A stretch of 63,289 nucleotides of DNA, the filler included, from an uncultured Gemmatimonadota bacterium (lineage in GTDB: Bacteria; GCA-2686955): the NCBI GenBank assembly GCA_964490075.1. It is 5 parts of 5 records of this genome, joined end to end, with 100 filler letters (N's around TTAATTAATTAA, not from the genome) between each part and the next. Parts side by side here need not be neighbours in the genome. Positions count along the whole stretch, not along the records: positions 29,135 to 42,424 come from CAZBBK010000097.1; positions 42,525 to 55,614 come from CAZBBK010000098.1; 3 more parts are not named here. One strand, given 5' to 3'. Positions 36,093 through 45,598 of the stretch are shown piece after piece. Every line of letters begins with the position of its first letter. The stretch's first letter is position 1. The notes beneath the pieces are model-generated. The model searched no databases, was not told the origin of the DNA, and worked only from the letters and a program-made list of their open reading frames with translations. The position numbers and the translations under genes are program-made.

Positions 36093-36832
36093 TGGAAGTC
36101 CACCATGTCTTCGAAGAGGCCGCCGACGGGCGAGCGTTCGCTGCGGGTCAGATGGGTCTTGGCGTAGATGCGGGCATAGATCGGCGGCAGGTCGATGGTG
36201 TCTCTACGGCTCGGATGGAGAGCGCTCAAGGTGATCTCGACCCCTTCGGGGAGCTTCTGCGGCTGCACCGCCGGGTCCTCGATCTCCGGATCCCAGCTCT
36301 CGAGCCATGCTCCATCCAGCGCCTCTTCCTCGTCCTGGGGGATTGCGGGGTAGTAGAAGTAGCGAAGGCTCATGCGCACCACCTCGGGGGCGATCTCGAC
36401 CTGCTCCGAGATACGCTCGTCCTCGGTCTGCAACGCCTCCGGCAGCGCCCGTTCCACGACCAGCCCGCGCATTTCGCTCTCATCGGAGCTCACCTTCCAG
36501 GTCACCTCGACGCTGCCGGGCTGCAGCTCGCCGAGAATCGGGCTGGGATCGGCGGTCACGAAGCGCAGGGTGTCGGCGCTGCCGAAGAAATAGGGCACCA
36601 GGCGGTTCTCGATCGCCAACTTCACGTTGGAGGCGGAACGCAGCTCCGAGCTCAGCTCGTCGAGCGCTAGGCGCAGCGCCGACTCGGAGTCCTGGGTGCG
36701 CGCGCCCTCTTTCCAGGCGCGCTGGGCGGCGTCGAAGCCGCCATAGAGGGCGGCCACCAGCAGCGTCATGATGGTCAGCGCGACCATCAGCTCGAGCAGC
36801 GTGAAGCCGTGCTCTTCTGGCCGCGCACGCAT
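36089..36832 (-). CDS. gspJ: minor pseudopilin J
   Basis: G/FTLLELMVAL prepilin site, W..SWD..LPEGVEI; start may be 36850. Confidence 0.8.
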   Translation of the reverse strand: MRARPEEHGFTLLELMVALTIMTLLVAALYGGFDAAQRAWKEGARTQDSESALRLALDELSSELRSASNVKLAIENRLVPYFFGSADTLRFVTADPSPILGELQPGSVEVTWKVSSDESEMRGLVVERALPEALQTEDERISEQVEIAPEVVRMSLRYFYYPAIPQDEEEALDGAWLESWDPEIEDPAVQPQKLPEGVEITLSALHPSRRDTIDLPPIYARIYAKTHLTRSERSPVGGLFEDMVDFH

Positions 36833-36834
36833 TC

Positions 36835-37296
36835 TCAGAAGCCGGACCATGCCCTCGCCTTTTGGGACTGGGTGGTGGTGAGCCGCAGCGCCGCCCGCGG
36901 CTCGGCCGGCGGCCACTCGACCCTTACGTCAATTCGGAAGCGCTCCAGCTCCTGCTCTTGGCGCCCCGCGAAGGGGTCGCCGTCGGCTCCCGGCGCGCGC
37001 TCATGTTCCTCCTCGCCTTCCTCGGGCTCCTCGAGCACCACGCTGAGGGTCCACAGGAAGCGACCGTCGTCGCTCTCGCCGGAGTCTTCCAGCTCTTCGA
37101 AGGTGGCCTGGCGCAGCAAATCGTCCATGATCGATCGAGCTTCCAGCATGGCGTGGGTGCGTTCGGTCGACCAGCGCCCCGCGCGGATTCCTTCGCCGAA
37201 CACTCCGAGCACCGACACCACCGCGTAAGCCAGGATGGCGGCGGCCACCATGATCTCGAGCAGGGTGAAGCCGTTCTGCTCCTTCACCCGTCCCAC
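36835..37296 (-). CDS. gspI: minor pseudopilin I
   Basis: G/FTLLEIMVA; size and position. Confidence 0.8.
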   Translation of the reverse strand: MGRVKEQNGFTLLEIMVAAAILAYAVVSVLGVFGEGIRAGRWSTERTHAMLEARSIMDDLLRQATFEELEDSGESDDGRFLWTLSVVLEEPEEGEEEHERAPGADGDPFAGRQEQELERFRIDVRVEWPPAEPRAALRLTTTQSQKARAWSGF

Positions 37297-37865
37297 TCCT
37301 CGTCGAGGCGCTCGATCCGCACCTTGCCGCCGGCGCGGGAGAGCTCGATCCGCCAGGCCGCGCGCCGGTCGCCCAACACCACCAGGCCGCCGCTGGTATG
37401 GCCGCGCGGATCGAAGCTCATGAGCGGGCGATCGGCGTCCTCCTCCGCGTGCATTACTTCGAAATCGAGGAACTCCACTCCTCGGCCCAGCTCTTTGGCC
37501 AGAACCGACTCATAGCCGGCGTCCGGCGCGTGCTCGTCCGCCATCCTCTCGGCGCGCAGCTCGCGGCGCTCGAGCAGCTCCTCGGAGAGATAGAGCCGCC
37601 GGTCGTCGGATTCGTCGCGCAGCAATGTGTAGCGACCATCTTCCGCGTCGAAGCGCACACAATGCGGCATCCGCGACGACACCGCCAGGTCACGCGCCAG
37701 GCGAAATGTCGCCGCCAGCTCACGCGCGGCGGTGCGCGCTCTCAGCCCCGACATATTCTGATAGGCGATCGGCAGCCCGAGCCCCGTCACCACGGCGATC
37801 AGCGCGATGACCACCAATAGCTCGATCAGTGTGAAGCCGGCGCTCCGATCGGGTCGCGGTCGCAT
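37284..37865 (-). CDS. gspH: minor pseudopilin H (FimT-like)
   Basis: G/FTLIELLVV, ARDLAV, FDPRGHTSGG. Confidence 0.8.
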   Translation of the reverse strand: MRPRPDRSAGFTLIELLVVIALIAVVTGLGLPIAYQNMSGLRARTAARELAATFRLARDLAVSSRMPHCVRFDAEDGRYTLLRDESDDRRLYLSEELLERRELRAERMADEHAPDAGYESVLAKELGRGVEFLDFEVMHAEEDADRPLMSFDPRGHTSGGLVVLGDRRAAWRIELSRAGGKVRIERLDEEWDG

Positions 37866-37884
37866 CACCGATCCGTGGCCTCGG

Positions 37885-38328
37885 CTACAGGTCCCAGCTG
37901 ACGATATCGAGATCGACCGCCTCTTCACCGCCGAACTCTCCGTCTCTGCCCAGGCATATGAGGTCGTAACCGAAGGGACTTTCTTCGGCCGGGTTGCGAT
38001 AGATGTAGTCGCGGTCCCAGGGATCGACGATGGTGAGCTTGTCGTAGTAGGGACCGGCCCAGCCGTCGGCCCCTGGATCGAACACCAGTGACGATATACC
38101 TTCGTCCTCGTCCGGGTAGCGACCCACGTCCTGTCGAAACCGCTCAAGACAGTTCTTGAGAGTGGCGATGTTGGACTTGGCGACGGCGTAGCGCGCCTTG
38201 TCGGTCTCGCCGCCGATCAGCTGGGTTCCGGCGGCGGCGAGGATCGCCAGGATCACCACCACCACCAGGAGCTCGATCAGAGTGAAGCCCCGCTGATCGT
38301 GCCTTCGATCCCTGTCTGTATGCATCAT
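37885..38328 (-). CDS. gspG: major pseudopilin G
   Basis: G/FTLIELLVV, DVGRYP, WAGPY, DPW..Y.YR.P, GRDGEFGG. Confidence 0.92.
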   Translation of the reverse strand: MMHTDRDRRHDQRGFTLIELLVVVVILAILAAAGTQLIGGETDKARYAVAKSNIATLKNCLERFRQDVGRYPDEDEGISSLVFDPGADGWAGPYYDKLTIVDPWDRDYIYRNPAEESPFGYDLICLGRDGEFGGEEAVDLDIVSWDL

Positions 38329-38375
38329 AATTACCTCGGTCTCTGTTCGAACGAGTGTCGCTGAGGGGCGCACCA

Positions 38376-39596
38376 TCAGCCTCCCGCCGCGGTGGTCACG
38401 CTCATGATCGCGCTCACCAGCGAGAGCACGATGAAGCCGACCACGACCGCCATTAGCAGGATCATGATCGGCTCCAGGAGCGCGGTGAGGCGGCGGATCG
38501 AGGTGCGCACGTCGGCTTCGTAGATGTCGGCGATCTGGTGCAACATGATGTCGAGGCGCCCGGTCTCTTCGCCCACCGTGATCATGTGGATCGCCATCCG
38601 CGGAAAGACGCCGGTGCCGGCCAGTGGACCGGCGATCCCCTCCCCCTCGCGCACCGCGCCGTGAAGGCGCAGGATCGCTTGCGAGATCACCTCGTTGCCG
38701 ACCACATCCTTGACGATGAAGAGTGCGCTCAGAATCGGCACGCCGCTGGCCGAGAGGGTTCCGAGGGTGCGGGCGAAACGCGCCAGGGCGAGTTTGCGGG
38801 TGACCCCCCCGAGCCCCGGGATGCGCATTTGAAAGCGGTCCCAGCCGATCCGGCCGGCCTCGGTCTGGCGCCAATAGCGCAACGCCAGGAGCAGCACCGC
38901 CAGAGCCAGCGCGGCCACCCACCAGTGGCTGCGGATCGCGTCGGATGAGCGGATCAGGATCAGGGTCGGCAGCGGCACCGCCTGTCCCATCCCTTCCAGG
39001 ATGCCGACGAAACGCGGAATCACCGCGGTCATCAAGAAGGTCACCGCGCCGCCGCCGACCAGGGCCAGTACGGCAGGGTACATCATGCTGGTGACCACGT
39101 AGCTGCGCAGATCCTCCATCTGCTCCTGGAACTCGGCCAGCCGCTCCAGGATGGTATCGAGCACGCCGCTCGCCTCGCCGACGCTGACCATGTTGACGTA
39201 GAGGGGTGGGAAGATCCGCGGGTGGTGCTCGAAGGCCTCGGCCAGGCTGGCGCCCCCGGTGACGTCGCGATGCACCGTTTCCAGTACCTCACGGAGCTTC
39301 GGCGCCGAGCAGAGCTCGACCAGGATTTCCAAAGACCGGGCCAGCGGAACGCCGGCGCCGACCAGCGACGCCAACTGCTGCGTGAAGCCCAAGAGATCGC
39401 GCCGGCGGACCCGCTGGAAGGGGTTGCGCAGCTCCATCTGCAGCGAGAATCCATCCCCGTCCTCGGCCTTGATCTCGATCGGCAGGTAGGCCATCTCTTC
39501 GAGCTTGGCCCGCACCTCGGCGACGTTGGTGCCATCCATCACGCCGGTGACGGTCTTGCCCTTCGCGGTGGCGGCGGTGTAGGCGAAGCTGCTCAC
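38376..39596 (-). CDS. gspF: type II secretion platform protein F
   Basis: FTQQLASLVGAGVPL, GEASGVL, GEETGRLD, LLEP. Confidence 0.93.
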   Translation of the reverse strand: MSSFAYTAATAKGKTVTGVMDGTNVAEVRAKLEEMAYLPIEIKAEDGDGFSLQMELRNPFQRVRRRDLLGFTQQLASLVGAGVPLARSLEILVELCSAPKLREVLETVHRDVTGGASLAEAFEHHPRIFPPLYVNMVSVGEASGVLDTILERLAEFQEQMEDLRSYVVTSMMYPAVLALVGGGAVTFLMTAVIPRFVGILEGMGQAVPLPTLILIRSSDAIRSHWWVAALALAVLLLALRYWRQTEAGRIGWDRFQMRIPGLGGVTRKLALARFARTLGTLSASGVPILSALFIVKDVVGNEVISQAILRLHGAVREGEGIAGPLAGTGVFPRMAIHMITVGEETGRLDIMLHQIADIYEADVRTSIRRLTALLEPIMILLMAVVVGFIVLSLVSAIMSVTTAAGG

Positions 39597-39603
39597 GAAT
39601 GCC

Positions 39604-41325
39604 TCACGTCAGATCCTCCTCTTGCGTGGTGCGCAGCACTTCGTCGAGGGTGGTGATTCCCTGCAGCACCTTCTGCCAGCCATCGTCGCGCAGGGTTCGC
39701 ATGCCGCCCGAGATCGCCAGGTTGCGCAGCTCGGTGGAGCTCACTGTCCGCGCCATCATCGACTTCAGATCCGGGGTCACGTCCATCAGCTCGAAGATCG
39801 CTACCCGGCCTGCGTAGCCTTTGTGTCTGCAGTACTTGCAGCCTGCCCCCTGAAACACGTCGAAGCTCGACCGGCCCTCGGGATTGGCGATTCCCGCCTC
39901 TGCCAGCACCTCCGCGGTGACCGTCGCGGGCTCGCGGCAGTGGGGGCAAATGGTGCGCACCAGGCGTTGCGCCATGGCCAGGTTCAGGCAGCTCGAGATC
40001 AGGTAGGGCTCGACCCCCATGTCGACCAGCCGGGTGACGGTGGAGGGGGCGTCGTTGGTGTGGATCGTCGACAGCACCAGGTGGCCGGTGAGCGCTGACT
40101 GGATGGCGATCTCGGCGGTCTCCAGGTCGCGGATCTCGCCGATCATGATCACGTCGGGATCCTGGCGGACCAGGGAGCGCAGGCCGGAGGCAAAGGTCAG
40201 ATCGATCTCGGGCTTGACCTGGATCTGGGTGATGCCCGGCAGGTGGTACTCGATCGGATCCTCGACGGTGATGATCTTGAGGTCGGGATCGTTGATGATC
40301 GAGAGCGCGGCGTAGAGGGTGGTGGTCTTGCCGGAGCCGGTCGGTCCGGTGACCATCATCACGCCGTTGGGACGCCGCACCGCCTTCTGAAACTGCGCCA
40401 GGTCGGTCGCGGGGAAGCCGAGCTCTTCGAGCCCGATCATGGTGCTGGAGCGGTCGAGGATGCGCAGCACCGCCGACTCGCCGAACTGGGTCGGCACGGT
40501 CGACACGCGCAGGTCGATCTCGCGCCCCGAGGCACGCACCCGGGCGCGTCCGTCTTGCGGCAGGCGGCGCTCGGCGATGTTGAGCTCGGCCATGATCTTG
40601 ATGCGGCTGACGATGGCCGGGTGGAGCTTCTTGGGAGGGGTCTCGAGATCCTGGAGCACGCCGTCGACCCGGCAGCGAACCCGCAGATCGCGTTCCTGCG
40701 GCTCGACGTGGATGTCGGAGGCCCCCATCTCGACCGCTCGTGAGATGAAGAGGTTCACGAGCTGGATGACCGGCGCTTCCGAGGCCATGTCGCGCAGGTG
40801 GTCGACGTCTTCGAGCTCGTCGTCGCCGAGGAACGAGAGCTCCTCGTCGCTGATCGAGGAGATGATCTTCTCCATCGTGGTGGCGCCGGAGCCGTAGCTG
40901 CGCTCCAGGGCCTCGTCGATATCTTCGTCGGATGCGATGGCGATGTCGTAGCTGATCCCGAGCACCCGCGCGATGTCGTCCAGGAACTCGCAGTGGAAGG
41001 GGTCGGGGATGGCGAAGATGACGTGGCTGTCCTCGTAGGAGAGGGGGATCACCTTGTGGTACTTGAGGTACTTGAGGTCGAGCCGGGCGAAGACCGGCGG
41101 TGCCTCGGGGAACTCGCCCAGGGTCAGGTAGTCGACGCCGATCTGCTCGGCGATCGCCTGGTTGACCTGCATGCGCGACACGTAGCCCAGGTCGAGCAGC
41201 ACCTGGCCGATGCGCTCCCCGCTGCTGCCGCGCGACTCGAGCGCGATGCGCAAGTCGTTCTCCGAGATCACGCCGCGCTCGACCAGGATCTCACCGAGCG
41301 GCTTCTTGAGTTGATAGAGGAGCAT
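39604..41325 (-). CDS. gspE: type II secretion ATPase E with N-terminal MshEN-like motif
   Basis: LGEIL/RIGQVL, ASDIH, ERRLPQDG, GPTGSGKTT, RQDPDVIMIGEIRD, CPHC..CKYC. Confidence 0.95.
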   Translation of the reverse strand: MLLYQLKKPLGEILVERGVISENDLRIALESRGSSGERIGQVLLDLGYVSRMQVNQAIAEQIGVDYLTLGEFPEAPPVFARLDLKYLKYHKVIPLSYEDSHVIFAIPDPFHCEFLDDIARVLGISYDIAIASDEDIDEALERSYGSGATTMEKIISSISDEELSFLGDDELEDVDHLRDMASEAPVIQLVNLFISRAVEMGASDIHVEPQERDLRVRCRVDGVLQDLETPPKKLHPAIVSRIKIMAELNIAERRLPQDGRARVRASGREIDLRVSTVPTQFGESAVLRILDRSSTMIGLEELGFPATDLAQFQKAVRRPNGVMMVTGPTGSGKTTTLYAALSIINDPDLKIITVEDPIEYHLPGITQIQVKPEIDLTFASGLRSLVRQDPDVIMIGEIRDLETAEIAIQSALTGHLVLSTIHTNDAPSTVTRLVDMGVEPYLISSCLNLAMAQRLVRTICPHCREPATVTAEVLAEAGIANPEGRSSFDVFQGAGCKYCRHKGYAGRVAIFELMDVTPDLKSMMARTVSSTELRNLAISGGMRTLRDDGWQKVLQGITTLDEVLRTTQEEDLT

Positions 41326-41375
41326 GGGACGCCGGGGGCGAGTGGATTGCGGAGCGGGAGGAGCCCTTGAATTGG

Positions 41376-41718
41376 CTACGTGAAGGCGACGAGGGACGTT
41401 CCCGCATGAGAGGAAGCCGCGGTCGCCTGAAGGAGGATCGGCAGGAATGTAGAGGAGGCGATTGGGATCTTCAATATTCGGGGGGCGGCGCGGTCGAGAT
41501 CGGCGCGGTCGAGGCGGTCGTTCCGGAGCACGGTCGACAGATCGGGCGCCAACGCCGGCGGATCGAAGCCGGCGCCGGACAGATAGCCGAAATCCCAGTC
41601 GGAGGCGTCATGGGCTCCCTTTGCCCCGAGAGCCGAAGAGCAAGAGCAGCTCACAGCCGGCGGCAGCGGCCGCCACGGATCGCAGCGCTTCGATTCCGTG
41701 CTCGTCGGAACGATCCAT
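41376..41718 (-). pseudogene. frameshifted minimal nucleotidyltransferase (MNT)
   Basis: LLLLFGSR in one frame, GAHDASDWDFGYL..DRLDRADL in another; removing one G near 41625 gives FGSRAKGAHDASDWD. Confidence 0.6.
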
Positions 41719-41866
41719 GCGGGGAGATACGCACGTGGGCGGGCGTTGCGCCCAGCCCTTCTGGGAGCGTATCAAAGGAGCCTCGGGGCCGAGCTCCAGC
41801 GGCATCGCCCCGAACGCGCTAATCTCCACCCTTGCCGTTTCGAATCGAACCCCACCGGAGCTCGCG

Positions 41867-42271
41867 ATGAGCCTCGACTTGACGCCTCTGCGCAATGCAC
41901 TCCTGCGACTCGACGAAGGCCTGCAGCGATACCGCCGCGACATCGCCGACGACCAGATTCGCGATGGATTGATCCAACGCTTCGAATTCACCTACGAGCA
42001 ATGCCACAAGATGCTCAGGCGCCACCTGGAAGCTGCGGCGCCGACACCCGGCGCTTTCGATCGCGCGGATCTTCAAGAGGTCATCCGCTCCGCCAACCGG
42101 GCCGGGCTTTTGAAGGGCGATTGGCCACGCTGGCGAACCTACCGGCGAATGCGGGCCAAGACCAGCCACACCTACGACGAGGAGATCGCTCTCGAGGTGG
42201 TCGCGGACATCCCGGACTTCTTGGACGAGGCGCGCTTTCTGCTCGCTGAGCTCGAGAAAGTGCAGCGGTGA
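41867..42271 (+). CDS. HEPN protein, HI0074-type nucleotidyltransferase substrate-binding family
   Basis: IRDGLIQRFEFTYE, R-X4-H motif RAKTSH followed by TYDE. Confidence 0.9.
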   Translation: MSLDLTPLRNALLRLDEGLQRYRRDIADDQIRDGLIQRFEFTYEQCHKMLRRHLEAAAPTPGAFDRADLQEVIRSANRAGLLKGDWPRWRTYRRMRAKTSHTYDEEIALEVVADIPDFLDEARFLLAELEKVQR

Positions 42272-42424
42272 GCGAACGCCCCGCCGTCGAGCTGAGCCAG
42301 GAGGAGTGGCGCATGGTCCGCGAGATATTGCGCAAGCTGGTACCGGGCCGTGAGGTTTGGGCATTCGGGTCGCGCGTGACGGGTCGCGCCCGCCGCTACT
42401 CCGATCTCGACCTTGCCGTCATCG
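42268..42424 (+). CDS. minimal nucleotidyltransferase, HI0073-like (partial)
   Basis: VWAFGSRVTGRARRYSDLDLAVI (GS-X10-DXD); overlaps the HEPN stop; cut by contig end. Confidence 0.88.
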
Positions 42425-42524
42425 NNNNNNNNNNNNNNNNNNNNNNNNNNNNNNNNNNNNNNNNNNNNTTAATTAATTAANNNNNNNNNNNNNNNNNNNN
42501 NNNNNNNNNNNNNNNNNNNNNNNN
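42425..42524. other. artificial contig linker
   Basis: N-run with TTAATTAATTAA. Confidence 0.98.
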
Positions 42525-42576
42525 AAGTGGGTCGCTTCTCACGAGCACAGGTGGGTCAATTCTGGCGAGCGCCTAA
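42525..42576. mobile_element. probable insertion-sequence terminus (IS21-like tandem sub-terminal repeats)
   Basis: two 24-bp-period copies GTGGGTC..TTCT..CGAGC at a contig start, abutting a 5'-truncated gene. Confidence 0.5.
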
Positions 42577-42861
42577 GCCATCTCCGATGCGGAAAAGGTG
42601 GCCTACGAGGCGCGCCGCATCGACGACCTGGAGGAGCGGATCGGGGTTCGCTTTCTCGCCGCCTACGGCAATTCAGGAAGCGACAGAGAAGCGTTTTGCG
42701 AGGCTCTCGATATCCCGCCGGAGCGCTTCTTCATGATCGATTGCCCGGAGTGTCAGCCGCTGCCCGAGTGCGAAAATGCGATGCTTTTGGGTGATTGGTA
42801 CCGCCATCTCGAAGAGCTGGAGAACGCCGATATCCCATTCGTGCCTCAGCCCTGCGAGTAG
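42577..42861 (+). pseudogene. C-terminal fragment of an LNS2/PITP-like HAD-family protein
   Basis: FLAAYGNSGSDREAF..IPPERFFMI; no N-terminus before the IS-like end. Confidence 0.5.
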
Positions 42862-42991
42862 TCGGTATCGGGTATGACCCATAGAGCGATCTCCCGAAAG
42901 CCGGGCATCACTCCCAGGGCAAGGTCCACAACCACCACCAGTTCCGCGGTCCGTCCGGGCATGCCGACCGGGAAAGACGGTTGCCCGCCCG

Positions 42992-43459
42992 TCACTGCGC
43001 AGTCCCCCCGGGGATCTCAGGGCTGTCTTCATCCGGCCAGCTCAACACAGCGAAGCGCTCCCGTTCCGCCGCGGAGGCCAGCCGCCGATCGAGACAGACG
43101 AACTCCAGCGAGGCGGGATCCGGCCCGGCGATCAGGAGCGCCGCACCGAGCTGGGCGGCATCGGCCGCGCGAATCGGCTCTCGTGCGAGCACGGCTACCG
43201 CGCGCATGCGAACGGCGAGTGCATCGCTCACTTCGTCCCATGTCTTGGACAGGGTCTCGAAGCGGCGGATCGCCTCGCGGCGCTCGCTATGCGAGATCCG
43301 CCCCTCTCTGGAGCGGCGCTCGATCGCCGACACGATCTCCACCAGAGTCCAGCACCAGGTCGCCAGGTGGGAATCTTCCCGCAGCCACGACCGAGCGAGC
43401 CTAGTTCCCGGTTCCTCGACCACGAGCGGAACGATGGCGGAGGTATCCCAGTACCTCAC
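42992..43459 (-). CDS. vapC: PIN-domain VapC toxin
   Basis: YWDTSAIVPL..E, VEIVSA, RAADAAQL, CLDRRL. Confidence 0.9.
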   Translation of the reverse strand: MRYWDTSAIVPLVVEEPGTRLARSWLREDSHLATWCWTLVEIVSAIERRSREGRISHSERREAIRRFETLSKTWDEVSDALAVRMRAVAVLAREPIRAADAAQLGAALLIAGPDPASLEFVCLDRRLASAAERERFAVLSWPDEDSPEIPGGTAQ

Positions 43460-43743
43460 ACCCGATCCTCGCGCTCGTCGTGCAGAGCCCCGCTCAGGTC
43501 CGCATCCAGCCGCATTGCCTCACGGGCGAGAATCGATGAGGCATCACCGCTGCCGGGGCGAAGCGCCCCCAGACCGATCAGCTCTTCGCGCCTCTCGTCT
43601 CGGGCCGCGCTTCCCGGCTCGAGCCCCAGCAACCGCGCCACCGGCGTCCCGCGATCCAACACCTGCACTTCGCCGCCTTCACGGACCACGCGGACGTAGT
43701 GGGAGAGACGGGCTTTCAGCTCGGAGACGGAGACGGAGTGCAT
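43456..43743 (-). CDS. Phd/YefM-family antitoxin
   Basis: VSVSELKARLSHYVRVV..GGEV..RGTPVARL; 4-bp overlap with vapC. Confidence 0.9.
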   Translation of the reverse strand: MHSVSVSELKARLSHYVRVVREGGEVQVLDRGTPVARLLGLEPGSAARDERREELIGLGALRPGSGDASSILAREAMRLDADLSGALHDEREDRV

Positions 43744-43806
43744 ATGACCAAGTTAGTCGGATGCTCGTGACTTATCAAGTCCGGAGCAGTGGATTCGTTT
43801 CGCTAC

Positions 43807-43985
43807 TCACGCCCGCGCCCGATACCCGAAGCGCGCCAGCCTGCGCGGATCGGTGCTCCAGTTCTTGTCCGCCTTCACCAAGAGATCGAGCGTGAGCGAC
43901 TCCCCGAGAAAGGTCTCGATCGAGCACCTCGCCGCCGTCCCAATCTTCCTGATCATCTGCCCTCCCCTTCCCCACCACGATCCGT
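43807..43985 (-). pseudogene. era: remnant of era (C-terminal KH domain only)
   Basis: RIVVGKG/GQMIRKIGTAARCSIETFLG..LLVKADKNWSTDPRRLARFGY with one frameshift in a G-run; no GTPase domain upstream. Confidence 0.65.
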
Positions 43986-44061
43986 AGCCCCCGGTGTCAG
44001 GATAGTTGCCGCCTGACTGGAGGGCTGCGGGGCCCCGCCGCCGAGCGAAGCGAGGTGTTGG

Positions 44062-45228
44062 TCAGTCTCGACGCAGTCGGTCGGAGAGGGCGATGGGAGT
44101 GGGATAGCGGAACACCACCAGGTAGGAGGAGCCGATGAAGGTGATCAGGGTCGCCAATTGCACAAGGTTGACGGCGGATTGGCTGATGAGCTCGGACCGG
44201 GCAGCGACAAAGACGATGAGCAGGGAGAATTCACTCATCTGCCCGAGGCGCCAGCCGATCTCCAGCCCCAGCTTCTTCGACTCCGCGACCCCGACCAGAA
44301 GCAGGCGGTAGGCGAGCGGTTTGAGAAGAAGGACCACAAGGGCTAGAAGGAGCGCGCCGACCCAGATCTCTCCTGCTCCGGCGAGATCGAATCCGGCACC
44401 GATGGCAAAGAAGAACATCACCAGAAAGAAGTCCCGAAGTGGTCGAAGGCTCTCGGCGATATGACGGGCGATCGGGCTGGTGGCCACCACTACCCCGCCG
44501 ATAAAAGCCCCGACCTCATAACTGAGGCCGAGCGATTCGGCCGCCTGGGCCACACCCAGACACCAGCCGATGGCCAAGAGAAAGACATATTCCGGAAGAC
44601 GGTCGAATCGACGAAAGAGCCTCTGGAGCAGGATCGCCTCTACCCCCCATGCCGCCAGGAGGAGCAGTGGCAGCGCCAGCAAAGGCTGGACCAAGGCGGC
44701 GAGCTCCACGCCCCCTCCCTGAAGTCCCTTCATCACCATCAGGACCACAATCGCGATCAGGTCTTGAAGGAGGAGAATGCTGATCACGACCTCTCCCGTA
44801 CGGCGGTGGTGGAGTACGGTGGTCGGCAACAGCTTGATCCCGATAATGGTACTGGAGAAGACCACCGCCACCCCAACAGCAACGCTGTCTCCTCTCTCCA
44901 GCCCCGCGAGGGTGGCAATGGCGTAGCCCACTACGGCAAAGAGGAGGGTACTGGCTGCCACCACGATCGTGGTCTGGCGAAAGAGGGCGAGCAGTTTCTG
45001 GGGGGTGAGGTCGAGGCCCAGGAGAAAGAGCAGAAAGATGATGCCGACGTGGGCGATCTCACTGATCAGTGCTGGATCACTCACCAGACCCATGACGGAG
45101 GGGCCGAGCACCACTCCCAGGAGAATGTAGGCGACCAGAAGCGTCTGCCTGGCGAAGAGGGCCAAGGTCGCCAGAAGTGCCGCCCCGGCGAAGACCAGGA
45201 AGATCGAAAAGAGAACCTCACCGCTCAT
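44062..45228 (-). CDS. CPA2-family cation:proton antiporter
   Basis: many TM segments, GIIFLLFLLGL, FSST, LLLQD, GQMSEFS; start at MSGEVLF. Confidence 0.9.
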   Translation of the reverse strand: MSGEVLFSIFLVFAGAALLATLALFARQTLLVAYILLGVVLGPSVMGLVSDPALISEIAHVGIIFLLFLLGLDLTPQKLLALFRQTTIVVAASTLLFAVVGYAIATLAGLERGDSVAVGVAVVFSSTIIGIKLLPTTVLHHRRTGEVVISILLLQDLIAIVVLMVMKGLQGGGVELAALVQPLLALPLLLLAAWGVEAILLQRLFRRFDRLPEYVFLLAIGWCLGVAQAAESLGLSYEVGAFIGGVVVATSPIARHIAESLRPLRDFFLVMFFFAIGAGFDLAGAGEIWVGALLLALVVLLLKPLAYRLLLVGVAESKKLGLEIGWRLGQMSEFSLLIVFVAARSELISQSAVNLVQLATLITFIGSSYLVVFRYPTPIALSDRLRRD

Positions 45229-45507
45229 CGGTCTGGCATCCCCGCTCCCGCCTCGTTCCCTCCACCCTCTGTCTCTTCTCGGCACTGGCCCGGGCGTAGA
45301 TTTCCAGCAGCCCCTCTTTCGAGGGCTCGGTGAGAGACTCCAAGTCGTTGAGCTTTCGGGTGGATATACGCCGCCGCGGAGCGAATCTCGATGGGGAAGT
45401 CTAGTTGTTGTCGATGGGGAAGTGTATTTGTCGTCGAGCGATGGCGGGAAGTGAAAGCAAAGTGAGACCATCGCCCCCCAGGGCTGCCAGCAGAGCCACG
45501 GCCGACC

Positions 45508-45537
45508 TTGACAAATCAGACCTTTTGACTCCACATT
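45508..45537 (+). promoter_or_regulatory. possible sigma70 promoter of the peroxiredoxin gene
   Basis: perfect TTGACA, 18-nt spacer, weak CACATT. Confidence 0.35.
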
Positions 45538-45598
45538 AGGCTCGATCGCAACCCCTCGCCGCCCGAAACGGCGGCAGAATCCTCGCAAGGAGGCCGCA

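Noticed and set aside
44025-44062. GCCGAGCGAAGCGAGG as an integron attC site
   Set aside because: No paired RYYYAAC/GTTRRRY boxes, cassette array or integrase visible
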